A DNA stretch of 32,000 nt from Breznakia sp. PF5-3 (GCF_029504745.1 NZ_JAQFIQ010000022.1:1-32000); one strand, 5' to 3'; shown: positions 9,720-20,135, counted from the first letter of the stretch. Numbers and translations are program-made. Notes: generated by a model not told the origin, from the letters alone.

Positions 9720-11688
9720 TTCTAAGTTCCACTAAAATATCCCGTAATTCTGCTGCTCTTTCAAAGTCTAATACTTTGGCAGCATCCTTCATTTCTTTTT
9801 CAATATTTGCCAACATTTTATCTTTATCCTTTTTCGATACTTTGGTTTTCTTACTTAAATATTTCGCAGTCATCTCTTTTGTTTCTAAAGAGTGTAATGC
9901 TTCATGAATTGGTTTAATAATCGTTTTTGGTGTAATACCATGTTCTTTATTATATGCAATTTGAATATCACGACGTCGTTTTGTTTCATCTAATGCATAT
10001 TTCATAGATTCTGTCATATTGTCAGCATACATGATAACATGCCCATTACTATTACGTGCAGCACGTCCTATAATTTGGACTAGTGAACGTTTACTACGTA
10101 AAAAACCTTCTTTATCTGCATCTAAAATACAGATTAATGAAACCTCTGGAATATCCAATCCTTCACGAAGTAAATTAATCCCTACTAATACATCATATTT
10201 CCCTTGTCTCAATTCACGAATAATCTCTGTACGTTCAATGGTTGTAACCTCATGGTGCAACCATGCAACCTTGAAATCAAGTTGCTTTAAATGACTTGTT
10301 AGATCTTCAGCCATTCGTACAGTTAACGTAGTGATTAGCGTTCGCTCACCACGTTTTATCTGCTCTTGAATTTCATCCACAATATCATCAATTTGCCCAT
10401 GTGTTTTCCGTACTTCTACTTCTGGATCAAGCAATCCTGTAGGACGAATGATTTGCTCTACAATTTCCCCATTTGTTTTTTCAAGTTCATAATCCCCTGG
10501 TGTTGCTGATACAAAAATCGCTTGGTTGATCATAGATTCAAATTCATTAAATTTCATTGGACGATTATCTAATGCACTAGGAAGTCGAAACCCAAAATTA
10601 ACCAATGTTTCTTTTCTTGCTCGATCCCCATTATACATACCACGAACTTGTGGTAAACTCACATGACTTTCATCTACGATTAATAAATAATCATCAGGAA
10701 AATAATCAAATAATGTATATGGTCTTTCGCCAGGTGAACGCCCATCAATATGACGTGAATAGTTTTCAATACCTGGACAAACACCGAACTCTCTTAACGC
10801 TTCAATATCATATAAAGCACGTTGTTCCAAACGTTGTGCTTCCAACAATTTATCTTCACTTCTAAAATATGATAAACGTTCTTTCAACTCTGCTTCAATT
10901 GTTAGACACGCTCTTTCAAGTTGTTCTTTTGGTGATGCATATCCATTTGCAGGATATACTACATAAACTTGATAGGCATGGAAGACTTTTCCTGTAACTG
11001 GATCCACCTCAACAATACGTTCAATCATATTATCAAACATTTCAATCCGTAATATATAACTATCCGTATGTCCTAAAGCCACTTCAATACTATCTCCACG
11101 AACTCTAAAACAACCACGCTGTAAATCAATATCATTACGTTTATATTGACGATCAACTAGTTTTTGTAGTAATTCTTTACGATCGATTTCCTCATTTACC
11201 CGTAGATTAAAAAACATATTACGATATGTTTCTGGATTACTAGCCCCATAGATACATGCTACACTCGCTACAATAATCGTATCTCTACGTTCTAAAACAC
11301 TGTTTTCTGCAGCCATTCTCAACATATCAAGTTCTTGATTTGTCGTTGCTGTTTTATCGATATAAGTGTCACTGTTTGGAATATATGCCTCTGGTTGATA
11401 ATAATCAAAATTTGAAACAAAATACTCTACTCGGTTATTCGGGAAGAACTCTTTAAACTCACTGTACAATTGTCCCGCCAAGGTTTTATTATGTACAAAA
11501 ACCAAAGTAGGTTTATTTACTTTGGCTATTACATTTGATACAGTAAACGTTTTCCCAGTACCTGTGGCACCAAGTAAAACTTGCTGTTTTTTTCCAGCTT
11601 CTAAGCCTTTGGTAAGTTCTGCAATCGCTTTGATTTGATCTCCTTGTGGCTTAAAATCTGATACTAAATCAAATAGTTTATTTTCCAC
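9712..11688 (-). CDS. uvrB: excinuclease ABC subunit B
   Basis: 658 aa. Walker A GATGTGKT, helicase motifs ([11 protein letters not shown]), and a C-terminal UVR domain ([16 protein letters not shown]). GTG start preceded by GGAGG plus 6 nt inside the end of the upstream peptidase gene. Confidence 0.97.
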   Translation of the reverse strand: MENKLFDLVSDFKPQGDQIKAIAELTKGLEAGKKQQVLLGATGTGKTFTVSNVIAKVNKPTLVFVHNKTLAGQLYSEFKEFFPNNRVEYFVSNFDYYQPEAYIPNSDTYIDKTATTNQELDMLRMAAENSVLERRDTIIVASVACIYGASNPETYRNMFFNLRVNEEIDRKELLQKLVDRQYKRNDIDLQRGCFRVRGDSIEVALGHTDSYILRIEMFDNMIERIVEVDPVTGKVFHAYQVYVVYPANGYASPKEQLERACLTIEAELKERLSYFRSEDKLLEAQRLEQRALYDIEALREFGVCPGIENYSRHIDGRSPGERPYTLFDYFPDDYLLIVDESHVSLPQVRGMYNGDRARKETLVNFGFRLPSALDNRPMKFNEFESMINQAIFVSATPGDYELEKTNGEIVEQIIRPTGLLDPEVEVRKTHGQIDDIVDEIQEQIKRGERTLITTLTVRMAEDLTSHLKQLDFKVAWLHHEVTTIERTEIIRELRQGKYDVLVGINLLREGLDIPEVSLICILDADKEGFLRSKRSLVQIIGRAARNSNGHVIMYADNMTESMKYALDETKRRRDIQIAYNKEHGITPKTIIKPIHEALHSLETKEMTAKYLSKKTKVSKKDKDKMLANIEKEMKDAAKVLDFERAAELRDILVELRNE

Positions 11689-13177
11689 TCACTACCTCCA
11701 ATGCTTTTTTCATCTGTGTATCCAAAACATCTTTTTCATCATGCCATTTTCGTGATGCTGCAGAAATTGCACTACTCACCAATTTAGCATTAACTTCTCC
11801 TGATTCTGTTAGACCATTATCCTTTTGAAACCGCTTCACTGCCGCTAATGTAGATTCAGAAAAATAACCATCTTTACGATCCACATCATATCCTAAGAAA
11901 CTTAAATAAACCTGCATATCCTTCACTGGATCACCAACTTGATTTACTTTATATGTCTCTTCATCATCTGATGTTTTATAACTCATCGCTTGATTTAATT
12001 TTACTTCATAATCTGGTTTGATACCAATCTTATGAATTTTTTCTTTCGTTGGCGTTAACCATTCTGCAATTGTATACTTGAAAATACTACCATCATCAAA
12101 AGAAATAGAATTTTGTACCGTTCCTTTTCCATATGATTTTGTACCTACTACTTTAGCATCTAAATGCTCTTTTAAAGCAGCCGTTAATAATTCCGAAGCA
12201 CTCGCTGTATTTTCATTGATAATAATACCAACGTTATCAAATTTATACTGTTTACTTGATGACTTAGTTGCATATTCACTAAGTTCTCCATTTTTATCTT
12301 CTTGATATAACACAATTTCATTAGGTCCCAAGAACAATCCAGCAATTGAGATTGCTGTTGTTACATATCCACCACCATTATCACGTAAATCAATCACTAC
12401 ATTTTTTACTTTCTTTTCTTTAAACGCTTCTAAATAACGTTCTACTTCAACTGCTGTATCATCTGAAAAAGAAGATAATTCCAATACTCCTATTCCATCT
12501 TTCACATATCCATACACAGTTACGGAAACCTTTGCTCTTGTCATATCAAGGGTTAATGTTTCTTTCCCTCGTTGCACTTCAACGCTAACCTTTGTTCCTT
12601 CTTCACCAATGATCATTTCTTTAATATCATTAATTTCTTTTTTTGATATATCGACACCATCCACTTTTTTGATGATATCTCCTTCTTTCATTCCTGCCTT
12701 TTCAGCCGGTGAATCAATAAAAATCTTTTCTACTAAAATTGCATCATTCAATTCATAGTATTGAATTCCAATTCCTGTTAGTGAACCTGAAAGCGAAGTA
12801 AGCAATGCACTTGCTGATTTCTCATCCATATATTCTGTATGTGTATCCATATCATTTTCATTCGCAATTCCATTGATTGCATGATCAATAATATAGCTTT
12901 CTAAATCCTTTACATCTTTTCCAAAATACCAATCACTCGCTAAAATATCATAAATTTCTTGAAATTTTTCTGACTCAACAGCGCTTAAACTCTGGGTTCT
13001 AGAAGATGTTGTACGAGATGAACCTCCTACATTTCCACCAACAAAAAAACCTCCTGTGAAACAAAGTACACACGCTAATACAATAAGTATTCCAATTCTT
13101 CTTTTTTTCTTTTCTCTTGCTATTTCATCTGGCCATCTATGTTTTTCGACCATAATCTTTTTTTTATTTTCATCCAT
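11678..13177 (-). CDS. S41 family C-terminal processing peptidase with PDZ and C-terminal peptidoglycan-binding domain
   Basis: 499 aa. N-terminal TM anchor and PDZ ([17 protein letters not shown]). Catalytic region [11 protein letters not shown] with [10 protein letters not shown]-terminal PG_binding_1-like repeat ([29 protein letters not shown]). SD GAGG lies 8 nt upstream. Confidence 0.9.
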   Translation of the reverse strand: MDENKKKIMVEKHRWPDEIAREKKKRRIGILIVLACVLCFTGGFFVGGNVGGSSRTTSSRTQSLSAVESEKFQEIYDILASDWYFGKDVKDLESYIIDHAINGIANENDMDTHTEYMDEKSASALLTSLSGSLTGIGIQYYELNDAILVEKIFIDSPAEKAGMKEGDIIKKVDGVDISKKEINDIKEMIIGEEGTKVSVEVQRGKETLTLDMTRAKVSVTVYGYVKDGIGVLELSSFSDDTAVEVERYLEAFKEKKVKNVVIDLRDNGGGYVTTAISIAGLFLGPNEIVLYQEDKNGELSEYATKSSSKQYKFDNVGIIINENTASASELLTAALKEHLDAKVVGTKSYGKGTVQNSISFDDGSIFKYTIAEWLTPTKEKIHKIGIKPDYEVKLNQAMSYKTSDDEETYKVNQVGDPVKDMQVYLSFLGYDVDRKDGYFSESTLAAVKRFQKDNGLTESGEVNAKLVSSAISAASRKWHDEKDVLDTQMKKALEVVSGK

Positions 13178-13207
13178 AATAGTAACCTCGCCTATTTATT
13201 GTATCAC

Positions 13208-13239
13208 AAGAAAAGATGTTATAAAACTATAACATCTTT
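13208..13239 (-). terminator. intrinsic terminator downstream of glgP
   Basis: Perfect 12-bp stem AAAGATGTTATA (13212-13223) / TATAACATCTTT (13228-13239) with a 4-nt loop. The minus-strand RNA continues UCUUGUG. Confidence 0.7.
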
Positions 13240-13264
13240 ATATAATTACAGGATTTATCTTTTA

Positions 13265-15670
13265 CTAAAAATTGGTTTTTGGTAAAAACCAAATGTCCTT
13301 CACATACTCATCAATGGTACGATCACTAGAGAAATAGCTTGAACATGCAATATTCTTTAAACACATCGTTGCCCATTCACTACGGTTTTTATAACGCTCT
13401 TCCACATTATGTTGTGCTTGATGATATGCCCAAAAGTCTTTCAATACTAAATATTCATCGTTTTTATTCATAACCTCTTCAAAGATAGCGGCAAAATCAC
13501 GGTCTATTCCACTAAATTCATCACTTAACAAGGAATCCATCACTTTATGTATTTCTGGATCACTGTTATATATGTCCCATACATTGTATGCATTTTCATA
13601 TTTTAATTGTGCTACTTCTTCAGCTCGTAAACCAAAGATTTCCGCATTATCAAATCCCACTTTCTCAACAATCTCAACATTTGCACCATCCAATGTACCA
13701 AGTGTCAATGCCCCATTCATCATAAACTTCATATTACCAGTACCACTTGCTTCCTTACCAGCAGTAGAGATTTGTTCTGAGACATCTGCTGCATTCATCA
13801 ATATTTCTGCGATACTCACTCCATAATTTGGAATGAATACAACCTTCATATATTTTGATACATCTGGATCATTGTTTACTTTATTCGCTAAACAATTAAT
13901 CAATTTAATAACCTTTTTCGCAAACACATAGGATGGAGCCGCTTTCGCTGCAAAAATAAAGGTTCTTGGATACATCGTATACTCTGGGTTTTCTTTGATT
14001 CGATTATATAAATAAATAATATGCAAGACATTCAATAATTGTCTTTTGTATGCGTGCAAGCGTTTAGCTTGAACATCAAAGATAGAATTAACATCTATCT
14101 CCACATCACATGTTTTTTTAATATAGGCTGCTAGTATTTCTTTTCGTTTCTGTTTCACATTCAAGAAACTCTCTTTAATACCCATGTCATCTGCATATGT
14201 TAATAGCTTTTTAAGCTCTTTAGGATTTTCTTTCCATCCTTCACCAATTGTATCATCCAATAACTTTGTAAGTTGTGGATTTGAATACATCAACCATCGG
14301 CGATGCGTAATTCCATTTGTCTTATTATTAAATTTATGAGGCATGATATCATAAAAATCTTTCATTACCTCTTCTTTTAAAATCTTTGTATGCAAAGCTG
14401 CAACCCCATTTACACTATGTGATCCCACAATTGCTAAATGAGCCATATGAATCTGACCTTCCTTTAAAATCGATACATTAGGTAAGATTTCTGGACGATT
14501 ATATTTATGATGCAAATTATATTCAAATCGATTTTGAATCTCTTGAATAACCATATACACTCTTGGTAACAATTTCTGAATATAAGCTATTGGCCATTTT
14601 TCTAAAGCTTCTGACAAAACAGTATGGTTTGTATAAGCCATTGTATTAATCGTAATATCCCAAGCTTGATCCCATGCATATTCATAATCATCCATCAAAA
14701 TTCTCATCAATTCAGGAATTGCCAAAACCGGATGCGTATCATTCAATTGAATTGCAACCTTTTCAGAAAAATTGTCCAAATTAGGATAATTCTTTAAATG
14801 TTGACGAATAATAGAATGAACTCCAGCACTAACAAAGAAATACTGTTGTTTAATTCTCAACAGCTTACCTTCTTCTGTAGAGTCATCTGGATACAAACTA
14901 TTACAAATCTCACGTACTTCTTTAATATATTGTGTATGGTCACGATTTAAACTCTCTTCAGCAGGCTCTGCTGACCAAAGACGTAATGTATTAGTAAGTT
15001 TTCGATTATACCCAACAATTGGAACATCATAAGGTACGGCATTTACAACCTGTGAATTCCGTAGTTCAATTTTAATCTTTCCATGTTCATTTACATATTG
15101 GTGTACTTTACCACCGAAATGTACCTGCACAGTATGTTTTGGTTTCTTTATTTCCCATACATTTCCTAATTTTAGCCAAAGATCAGGTACTTCTTTTTGC
15201 TTGTAATCTTCAATTAACTGTTTGAAAAAACCATACTCATATCGGATACAATTTCCATGACCAATATACCCTTCAGAAGCAATCGAATCCATGAAACAAG
15301 CAGCTAGTCTTCCTAGACCACCATTACCTAATCCTGCATCCGTTTCCAAATCTTCTAAGCCATTGATATCAATCCCTAATTCTTCCAAACCTTCTTTCAC
15401 AATATCATATATTTGAAGATTCATAAGATTATTCGTAAATAAACGACCCATTAAGAATTCCATTGAAAAATAGAACACTTGTTTTTCTTGGGACATGCGA
15501 TTTTCATCTTTACTTTCCTTCCAGTGCAGACTAATATACTCACGTATAACTTCACCCAACGTCAAATATTGTTCAGTAATGTGTGCTGTATCTATTGAGA
15601 TTCCGAATAACTCAATCATTTTTTCTTCATATTCTCGTATGAAATTTTCTTTAGTAAAATCTCTAATCAT
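13265..15670 (-). CDS. glgP: glycogen/maltodextrin phosphorylase
   Basis: PLP-lysine region EASGTGNMKFMMNGALTLGTLDGANVE and overall GT35 length. Start moved to ATG 15670 (MIRDFTKENF...), with AGGAGA overlapping the glgB stop codon. The ORF-track start 15706 lies inside glgB. Confidence 0.95.
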   Translation of the reverse strand: MIRDFTKENFIREYEEKMIELFGISIDTAHITEQYLTLGEVIREYISLHWKESKDENRMSQEKQVFYFSMEFLMGRLFTNNLMNLQIYDIVKEGLEELGIDINGLEDLETDAGLGNGGLGRLAACFMDSIASEGYIGHGNCIRYEYGFFKQLIEDYKQKEVPDLWLKLGNVWEIKKPKHTVQVHFGGKVHQYVNEHGKIKIELRNSQVVNAVPYDVPIVGYNRKLTNTLRLWSAEPAEESLNRDHTQYIKEVREICNSLYPDDSTEEGKLLRIKQQYFFVSAGVHSIIRQHLKNYPNLDNFSEKVAIQLNDTHPVLAIPELMRILMDDYEYAWDQAWDITINTMAYTNHTVLSEALEKWPIAYIQKLLPRVYMVIQEIQNRFEYNLHHKYNRPEILPNVSILKEGQIHMAHLAIVGSHSVNGVAALHTKILKEEVMKDFYDIMPHKFNNKTNGITHRRWLMYSNPQLTKLLDDTIGEGWKENPKELKKLLTYADDMGIKESFLNVKQKRKEILAAYIKKTCDVEIDVNSIFDVQAKRLHAYKRQLLNVLHIIYLYNRIKENPEYTMYPRTFIFAAKAAPSYVFAKKVIKLINCLANKVNNDPDVSKYMKVVFIPNYGVSIAEILMNAADVSEQISTAGKEASGTGNMKFMMNGALTLGTLDGANVEIVEKVGFDNAEIFGLRAEEVAQLKYENAYNVWDIYNSDPEIHKVMDSLLSDEFSGIDRDFAAIFEEVMNKNDEYLVLKDFWAYHQAQHNVEERYKNRSEWATMCLKNIACSSYFSSDRTIDEYVKDIWFLPKTNF

Positions 15671-15680
15671 ATTTACTCTC

Positions 15681-17528
15681 CTATTCAAAATACTTATTTT
15701 TATCATGCTTATTTACATGCTTCAAAATGACACCTGCAAAAGGTGCTACATCAATTTTAATATAATATGGTTTATAGTCAACATATTTTTCCAAAGCTTT
15801 TACTGGTTTTGAATTTATGATATTAGAACCTGAGTAAATATCTTTTTCACTATTCAATATTTCTTCATATAATCCATCTTCTAAAACACCAAAATAATGA
15901 TTCTTATATGTATTTGGTGACATGTTCAATATAACTACTAATGTTTCATCATCACTTTTTCGAATAAATGAAAATAAATTTTCATTGGTATTATCAGCAT
16001 CAATCCATTCAAAGTAACGATAATCATAATCATTTTGATAAAGAGCTGGTTGGGTTGTATAAAGCGTATTCAAATCTTTCATAAACCGTTTGAAAGAATC
16101 ATGCATCGGATACTCCAACAAGAACCAATCATTCTCTTGCTCTTCATCAAACTCACGCATATGACCAATTTCATTGCCCATGAAGTTTAACTTTTTACCA
16201 GGATGTGTATACATATATGTATACAATAATCGAGCTTGTGCAAATTTTTCTTCATAGCTTCCCCACATCTTGTTAACAATCGTAGCTTTTCCATGAACCA
16301 CCTCATCATGAGAGAAAGGCAGAATAAAGTTTTCACTAAAGAAATAAGACATACTAAAGTTTATTTTATTATGATTATGTTGCCGATAAACAGGATCCAT
16401 TTTAAAATATTCAAGTGTATCATTCATCCACCCTAGATCCCATTTATAATCAAAGCCTAATCCAAGATTATTGATATTGCTAGTAACATTTTCAAAATCA
16501 CTAGAATCCTCAGCAATTAAGATTACCTCACCCAAATGTTTATGTAACAAATAATTCATGCGACGAATAAACGTTAATGCCCCTTCATTAATTCCACGAT
16601 CTTTATTCCCTTGCCAATAAATAATATTCGATACTGCATCAATCCGTAAACCATCACCATGAAATTCACTTAACCAATATCCAGCTGCACTCATCAAAAA
16701 AGAACGCACTTCTTCTTTATGAAGATCAAAGTTCGCTGTTCCCCATTCACTAAATGCATCATATTTCTTTTCATATTCATAAAGATGAGTTCCATCAAAA
16801 TTTCGTAATGCATAATTGTCCATCACAAAATGAACTGGTACAAAATCAAAGATTACACCAATGTTATTTCGATGAAGTTCGTTTATTAAATATTTCAAAT
16901 CCTGAATGGATCCATACCGTGATGTTGCACTAAAATAACCACTGGTTTGATATCCCCAACTTCCATCAAAAGGATACTCACTCAATGGCATAAATTCCAC
17001 ATGCGTAAACTTCATCTCTTTAATATATGCAATCAAAGCTTCACAAATTGAACGATAGGTAACTTCTTCACCATTCGTTTTCCAAGCACCAAGATGCATT
17101 TCATAAATATTCATTGGTGAATGAAAACAACGTGTTCGTTTATCCATCCATTCTTGATCGCTCCACTCATATTTTAAATCTACAACAATTGATGCTGTAT
17201 TAGGTCGCAATTCACTATAAAATGCATATGGATCCATCTTATCCACCACTTCACCATCCGCTTGCTCAACACGATATTTATAATAATCTCCTGCTTTGGC
17301 ACCAACAATAAAAATGCTCCACACTCCACGATTATCCACTTTCTGCATAACATGGCTATCTGGATTCCAATCATTAAAACTTCCAATTACCCGAACACTT
17401 TTTGCTGCTGGTGCATATACACTGAAACGAACCCCTGAAGTTTGCTCAAACCCTATATGGGCACCAAAAGATGTATACGAATCTATAGATTGTCCCTCAA
17501 AAAATGCATTTATGACTCTACTCTTCAT
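15681..17528 (-). CDS. glgB: 1,4-alpha-glucan branching enzyme
   Basis: 615 aa, GH13 motifs (GVIFDFVPVHF, GLRIDAVSNI, IAEDSS, FSHDEV), N-terminal CBM48-like region. AGGAGG lies 6 nt before the ATG. Confidence 0.95.
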   Translation of the reverse strand: MKSRVINAFFEGQSIDSYTSFGAHIGFEQTSGVRFSVYAPAAKSVRVIGSFNDWNPDSHVMQKVDNRGVWSIFIVGAKAGDYYKYRVEQADGEVVDKMDPYAFYSELRPNTASIVVDLKYEWSDQEWMDKRTRCFHSPMNIYEMHLGAWKTNGEEVTYRSICEALIAYIKEMKFTHVEFMPLSEYPFDGSWGYQTSGYFSATSRYGSIQDLKYLINELHRNNIGVIFDFVPVHFVMDNYALRNFDGTHLYEYEKKYDAFSEWGTANFDLHKEEVRSFLMSAAGYWLSEFHGDGLRIDAVSNIIYWQGNKDRGINEGALTFIRRMNYLLHKHLGEVILIAEDSSDFENVTSNINNLGLGFDYKWDLGWMNDTLEYFKMDPVYRQHNHNKINFSMSYFFSENFILPFSHDEVVHGKATIVNKMWGSYEEKFAQARLLYTYMYTHPGKKLNFMGNEIGHMREFDEEQENDWFLLEYPMHDSFKRFMKDLNTLYTTQPALYQNDYDYRYFEWIDADNTNENLFSFIRKSDDETLVVILNMSPNTYKNHYFGVLEDGLYEEILNSEKDIYSGSNIINSKPVKALEKYVDYKPYYIKIDVAPFAGVILKHVNKHDKNKYFE

Positions 17529-17628
17529 AGCAAACCTCCTGTTATATTCATTTTACCTTTTTCTTATCTTCGATACAACTTAATCGATATAAAATAAAGA
17601 TAACTATCTATTAGTAACATAATAATAT

Positions 17629-17637
17629 ATTATATCA
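17629..17637 (-). promoter_or_regulatory. extended -10 promoter element (TGATATAAT) upstream of glgB
   Basis: The minus strand reads TGATATAAT about 100 nt upstream of the glgB ATG and just downstream of the Dabb terminator. The -35 (TTCGAA) is weak. Confidence 0.4.
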
Positions 17638-17671
17638 ATAATACAAGCTTTTTCGAATACAATATATCATT

Positions 17672-17704
17672 AAAAAAGACAATATGTATATACCATATTG
17701 TCTT
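17672..17704 (-). terminator. intrinsic terminator downstream of the pgcA-Dabb pair
   Basis: AAGACAATATG (17676-17686) / CATATTGTCTT (17694-17704) form an 11-bp stem with a 7-nt loop, followed on the minus strand by a U6 run. Confidence 0.8.
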
Positions 17705-17712
17705 CATCCTTT

Positions 17713-18012
17713 TTATAAAACGTAATCTACACAACTACGAATCTTTGCCATTCCTTTCAAACACTTTGTTGCATCCTTATGTTTTGGATGATTTTGATAT
17801 TGATTCAAAGCATCTTTACTTTCAAACTCACTAATCAAAAGCATATCCATATTGCTAGAATCTAAGATATCCACAATGACTTCTATCTTCACAATACCTT
17901 CAACAATAGGACCTAAGTTACTCATATTCAATTTAAACTCAAGCATGAGTTGTTCACGTTCAAATGGTGTCAAATCCTCTTTTAATTTCCACATTACGAC
18001 ATGACGTATCAT
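17713..18012 (-). CDS. Dabb (stress-responsive dimeric alpha/beta barrel) family protein
   Basis: 99 aa with typical Dabb opening MIRHVVMWKLKE and ...HPKH... near the C-terminus. ATGA start/stop overlap with the upstream mutase gene. Confidence 0.8.
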   Translation of the reverse strand: MIRHVVMWKLKEDLTPFEREQLMLEFKLNMSNLGPIVEGIVKIEVIVDILDSSNMDMLLISEFESKDALNQYQNHPKHKDATKCLKGMAKIRSCVDYVL

Positions 18013-19715
18013 TTTGTAAATTTCTCCATCTCTTTTTTCAAGATATTAGCTTTTTCATGAGCCTCTTCACCACTGCTACCTTTTATACAATAATAAAACT
18101 TACACTTTGGTTCCGTTCCACTTGGGCGAATAGCAATCCAACTACCATCCTCTAAAAAATACTTTAAGACATCCGAAGTAGAAAAACCTTCTAATTTTGA
18201 TTCCACCCCTTGTTCTCTTACAATACATTCTTTAAAGTCTTCAAAGCGCGTTACTCTATAAGTACCAATCTTTTCTAATTTAGCTGCACGTAGGTTTTTC
18301 AAGATTTCCTTAATCTTTGCTGCCCCTTCACTTCCTTCTAATGTAAGTGAAACTTGGCTTTCTTCATAATAGCCATGCTTTTCATATAAATCATTCAATA
18401 CATCATACAAGGTTTTTCCTTGTTGCTTATAATAAACAGTTGCCTCTGCTAGCATTAAACATGCTTGTACAGCATCTTTATCACGAACAAATGGTTTTAT
18501 CAAACTACCATAGCTTTCTTCATAACCAAAAACATATTGTTTTTCATTTGTAACTTCATATTTTGCAATCTTTTCACCTATAAATTTAAATCCGGTAAGT
18601 GTTTTTTCACACTCAACACCATATGCATTAGCTACTTTTTCACCAAGGTCTCCAGTAACGACTGTATTAAACATCACTGGATTTGGTGGCATTTTCCCTT
18701 GTTCTTTCAATTGATGCAAGATATAATCCAACAATAATGCTCCACTTTGATTTCCTGTAAGTAAGATGTAAGATCCATTTTGATCCACTACAACTCCCAT
18801 TCGATCTGCATCTGGGTCACAAGACAACACAATATCCGCTTGATGTTTCTTCGCATATTCAATAGCCAAATCATAAGATGCACTCTCTTCTGGATTTGGT
18901 GTCTTCGTATTACTAAAGTTAGGATCCGGTGAACACTGTTCCACAACTGGGATACAATGATAACCTGTGCGTTTAAATACTTCTTGTACAGGAATATTAG
19001 CGGTTCCATGTTGCGGAGTAAAAACAATTTTCACATTGCTCTTATCTATATCTGGTTGTAACTGAATACCTAGTACTTCTTTATAATATGCTTCATCTAC
19101 ATCTTTACCAATCATTGTTATCAAAGCTTCTTGTTGTTCATCAACAGTAAAGGAAATTGCTAACTCATCCTTTATTTCATTTACATAAGCAATTACCTTC
19201 TCTACCAATGAAGGGATTAACTGACATCCTTTTTCATCATATAGTTTATATCCATTATATTCTTTAGGATTATGCGACGCTGTCACAACAATCCCACCAA
19301 AACAATTTAAATAACGAGTTGCAAATGATAGCTCAGGAGTAGGTCGAAGGGATTCAAATACATATGATCGAATTCCATAAGTAGCTAAAACCTTAGCACT
19401 AACCATTGCCAACTCATATGACATATGACGATTATCATATGCAATTGCTACACCTCTTTTTTTTGCTTCTTCACCATTATCTCTAATATACTTTGCAAAC
19501 CCAACGTTTGCTTTAGCAATCGTATGCACATTAATACGATTTGTTCCTGGTCCCAATAATCCTCTCATCCCTGCCGTTCCAAATTCAATATTAGTGTAGA
19601 AACTGTCATGGATTTCCTCATCACTCATATTATCTAATTCTTTACGTAATTCCTCATCTAAGTTCGGACTTTCTATCCACCGTAAGTATTCTACATCTTT
19701 TTCTTTGCTATACAT
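18009..19715 (-). CDS. pgcA: alpha-phosphoglucomutase / phospho-sugar mutase
   Basis: Active-site loop TASHNPKEYNGYK, Mg site DPDADR, sugar-binding GYEESYG. Collinear with Bacillus PgcA as I recall it. Start moved to ATG 19715 (AAGGAG 8 nt upstream). The ORF-track extension MTVFFYLYWKGVIN runs through the ptsH terminator. Confidence 0.92.
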   Translation of the reverse strand: MYSKEKDVEYLRWIESPNLDEELRKELDNMSDEEIHDSFYTNIEFGTAGMRGLLGPGTNRINVHTIAKANVGFAKYIRDNGEEAKKRGVAIAYDNRHMSYELAMVSAKVLATYGIRSYVFESLRPTPELSFATRYLNCFGGIVVTASHNPKEYNGYKLYDEKGCQLIPSLVEKVIAYVNEIKDELAISFTVDEQQEALITMIGKDVDEAYYKEVLGIQLQPDIDKSNVKIVFTPQHGTANIPVQEVFKRTGYHCIPVVEQCSPDPNFSNTKTPNPEESASYDLAIEYAKKHQADIVLSCDPDADRMGVVVDQNGSYILLTGNQSGALLLDYILHQLKEQGKMPPNPVMFNTVVTGDLGEKVANAYGVECEKTLTGFKFIGEKIAKYEVTNEKQYVFGYEESYGSLIKPFVRDKDAVQACLMLAEATVYYKQQGKTLYDVLNDLYEKHGYYEESQVSLTLEGSEGAAKIKEILKNLRAAKLEKIGTYRVTRFEDFKECIVREQGVESKLEGFSTSDVLKYFLEDGSWIAIRPSGTEPKCKFYYCIKGSSGEEAHEKANILKKEMEKFTK

Positions 19716-19741
19716 ATTGATTACTCCTTTCCAATATAAAT

Positions 19742-19766
19742 AAAAAAAGACGGTCAAGCCATCTTT
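19742..19766 (-). terminator. intrinsic terminator downstream of ptsH
   Basis: 8-bp stem (minus-strand RNA AAAGAUGG / CCGUCUUU with one G-U pair), 5-nt loop, then U7. Located 7 nt after the ptsH stop. Confidence 0.75.
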
Positions 19767-19772
19767 CTTTTA

Positions 19773-20039
19773 TTACCCAATAATTTTTTGAGCGCGTAAT
19801 ACATCTTCGATAGCTGCTATAGCTGCATCTTCATCTTCCCCGTTACAAGAAATTGTAATTTCTGATTGTGTAGGAATTCCTAAAGACATAACACCCATAA
19901 TTGATTTCATGTTAACTTCACGTCCACCATATGCAACATTTACTTCACATTTAAACTTACCTGCTGCGTGTACCGCAACTGTTGCAGGACGAGCATGTAA
20001 TCCAACTGGATCAATTACAGTCACTGTTATTTGTTTCAT
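19773..20039 (-). CDS. ptsH: phosphocarrier protein HPr
   Basis: 88 aa. His15 context GLHARPA and Ser46 context KSIMGVMSLG are both present. AGGAGG lies 8 nt upstream. Confidence 0.95.
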   Translation of the reverse strand: MKQITVTVIDPVGLHARPATVAVHAAGKFKCEVNVAYGGREVNMKSIMGVMSLGIPTQSEITISCNGEDEDAAIAAIEDVLRAQKIIG

Positions 20040-20074
20040 TTCTGTTTCCTCCTAAGCTCATTTCTATCACTTCT

Positions 20075-20103
20075 ATTTTACAACATATCGAAAGCACTTA
20101 CAA
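20075..20103 (-). promoter_or_regulatory. candidate ptsH promoter (TTGTAA-17 nt-TAAAAT)
   Basis: Minus-strand hexamers at 20103-20098 and 20080-20075, about 35 nt upstream of the ptsH start. Confidence 0.35.
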
Positions 20104-20135
20104 TCACTTTTTTTCAGAAACCTTGGATATGTTTT

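Noticed and set aside
17529-17628. Possible riboswitch or structured leader in the roughly 100-nt glgB 5' region (TTATCTT...AAGATAA and TCGAT...ATCGA pairings).
   Set aside because: The stems are 5-7 bp and almost entirely A-U. There is no terminator/antiterminator alternative, and I recognise no resemblance to a known riboswitch core. The evidence is insufficient to call.
20040-20135. Long-range 8-bp complementarity (AACATATC / GATATGTT on the minus strand) in the deaminase-ptsH spacer, considered as a possible terminator or regulatory structure.
   Set aside because: It encloses a 37-nt unstructured loop, has no U-tract, and overlaps the candidate ptsH promoter. It is not distinguishable from chance.
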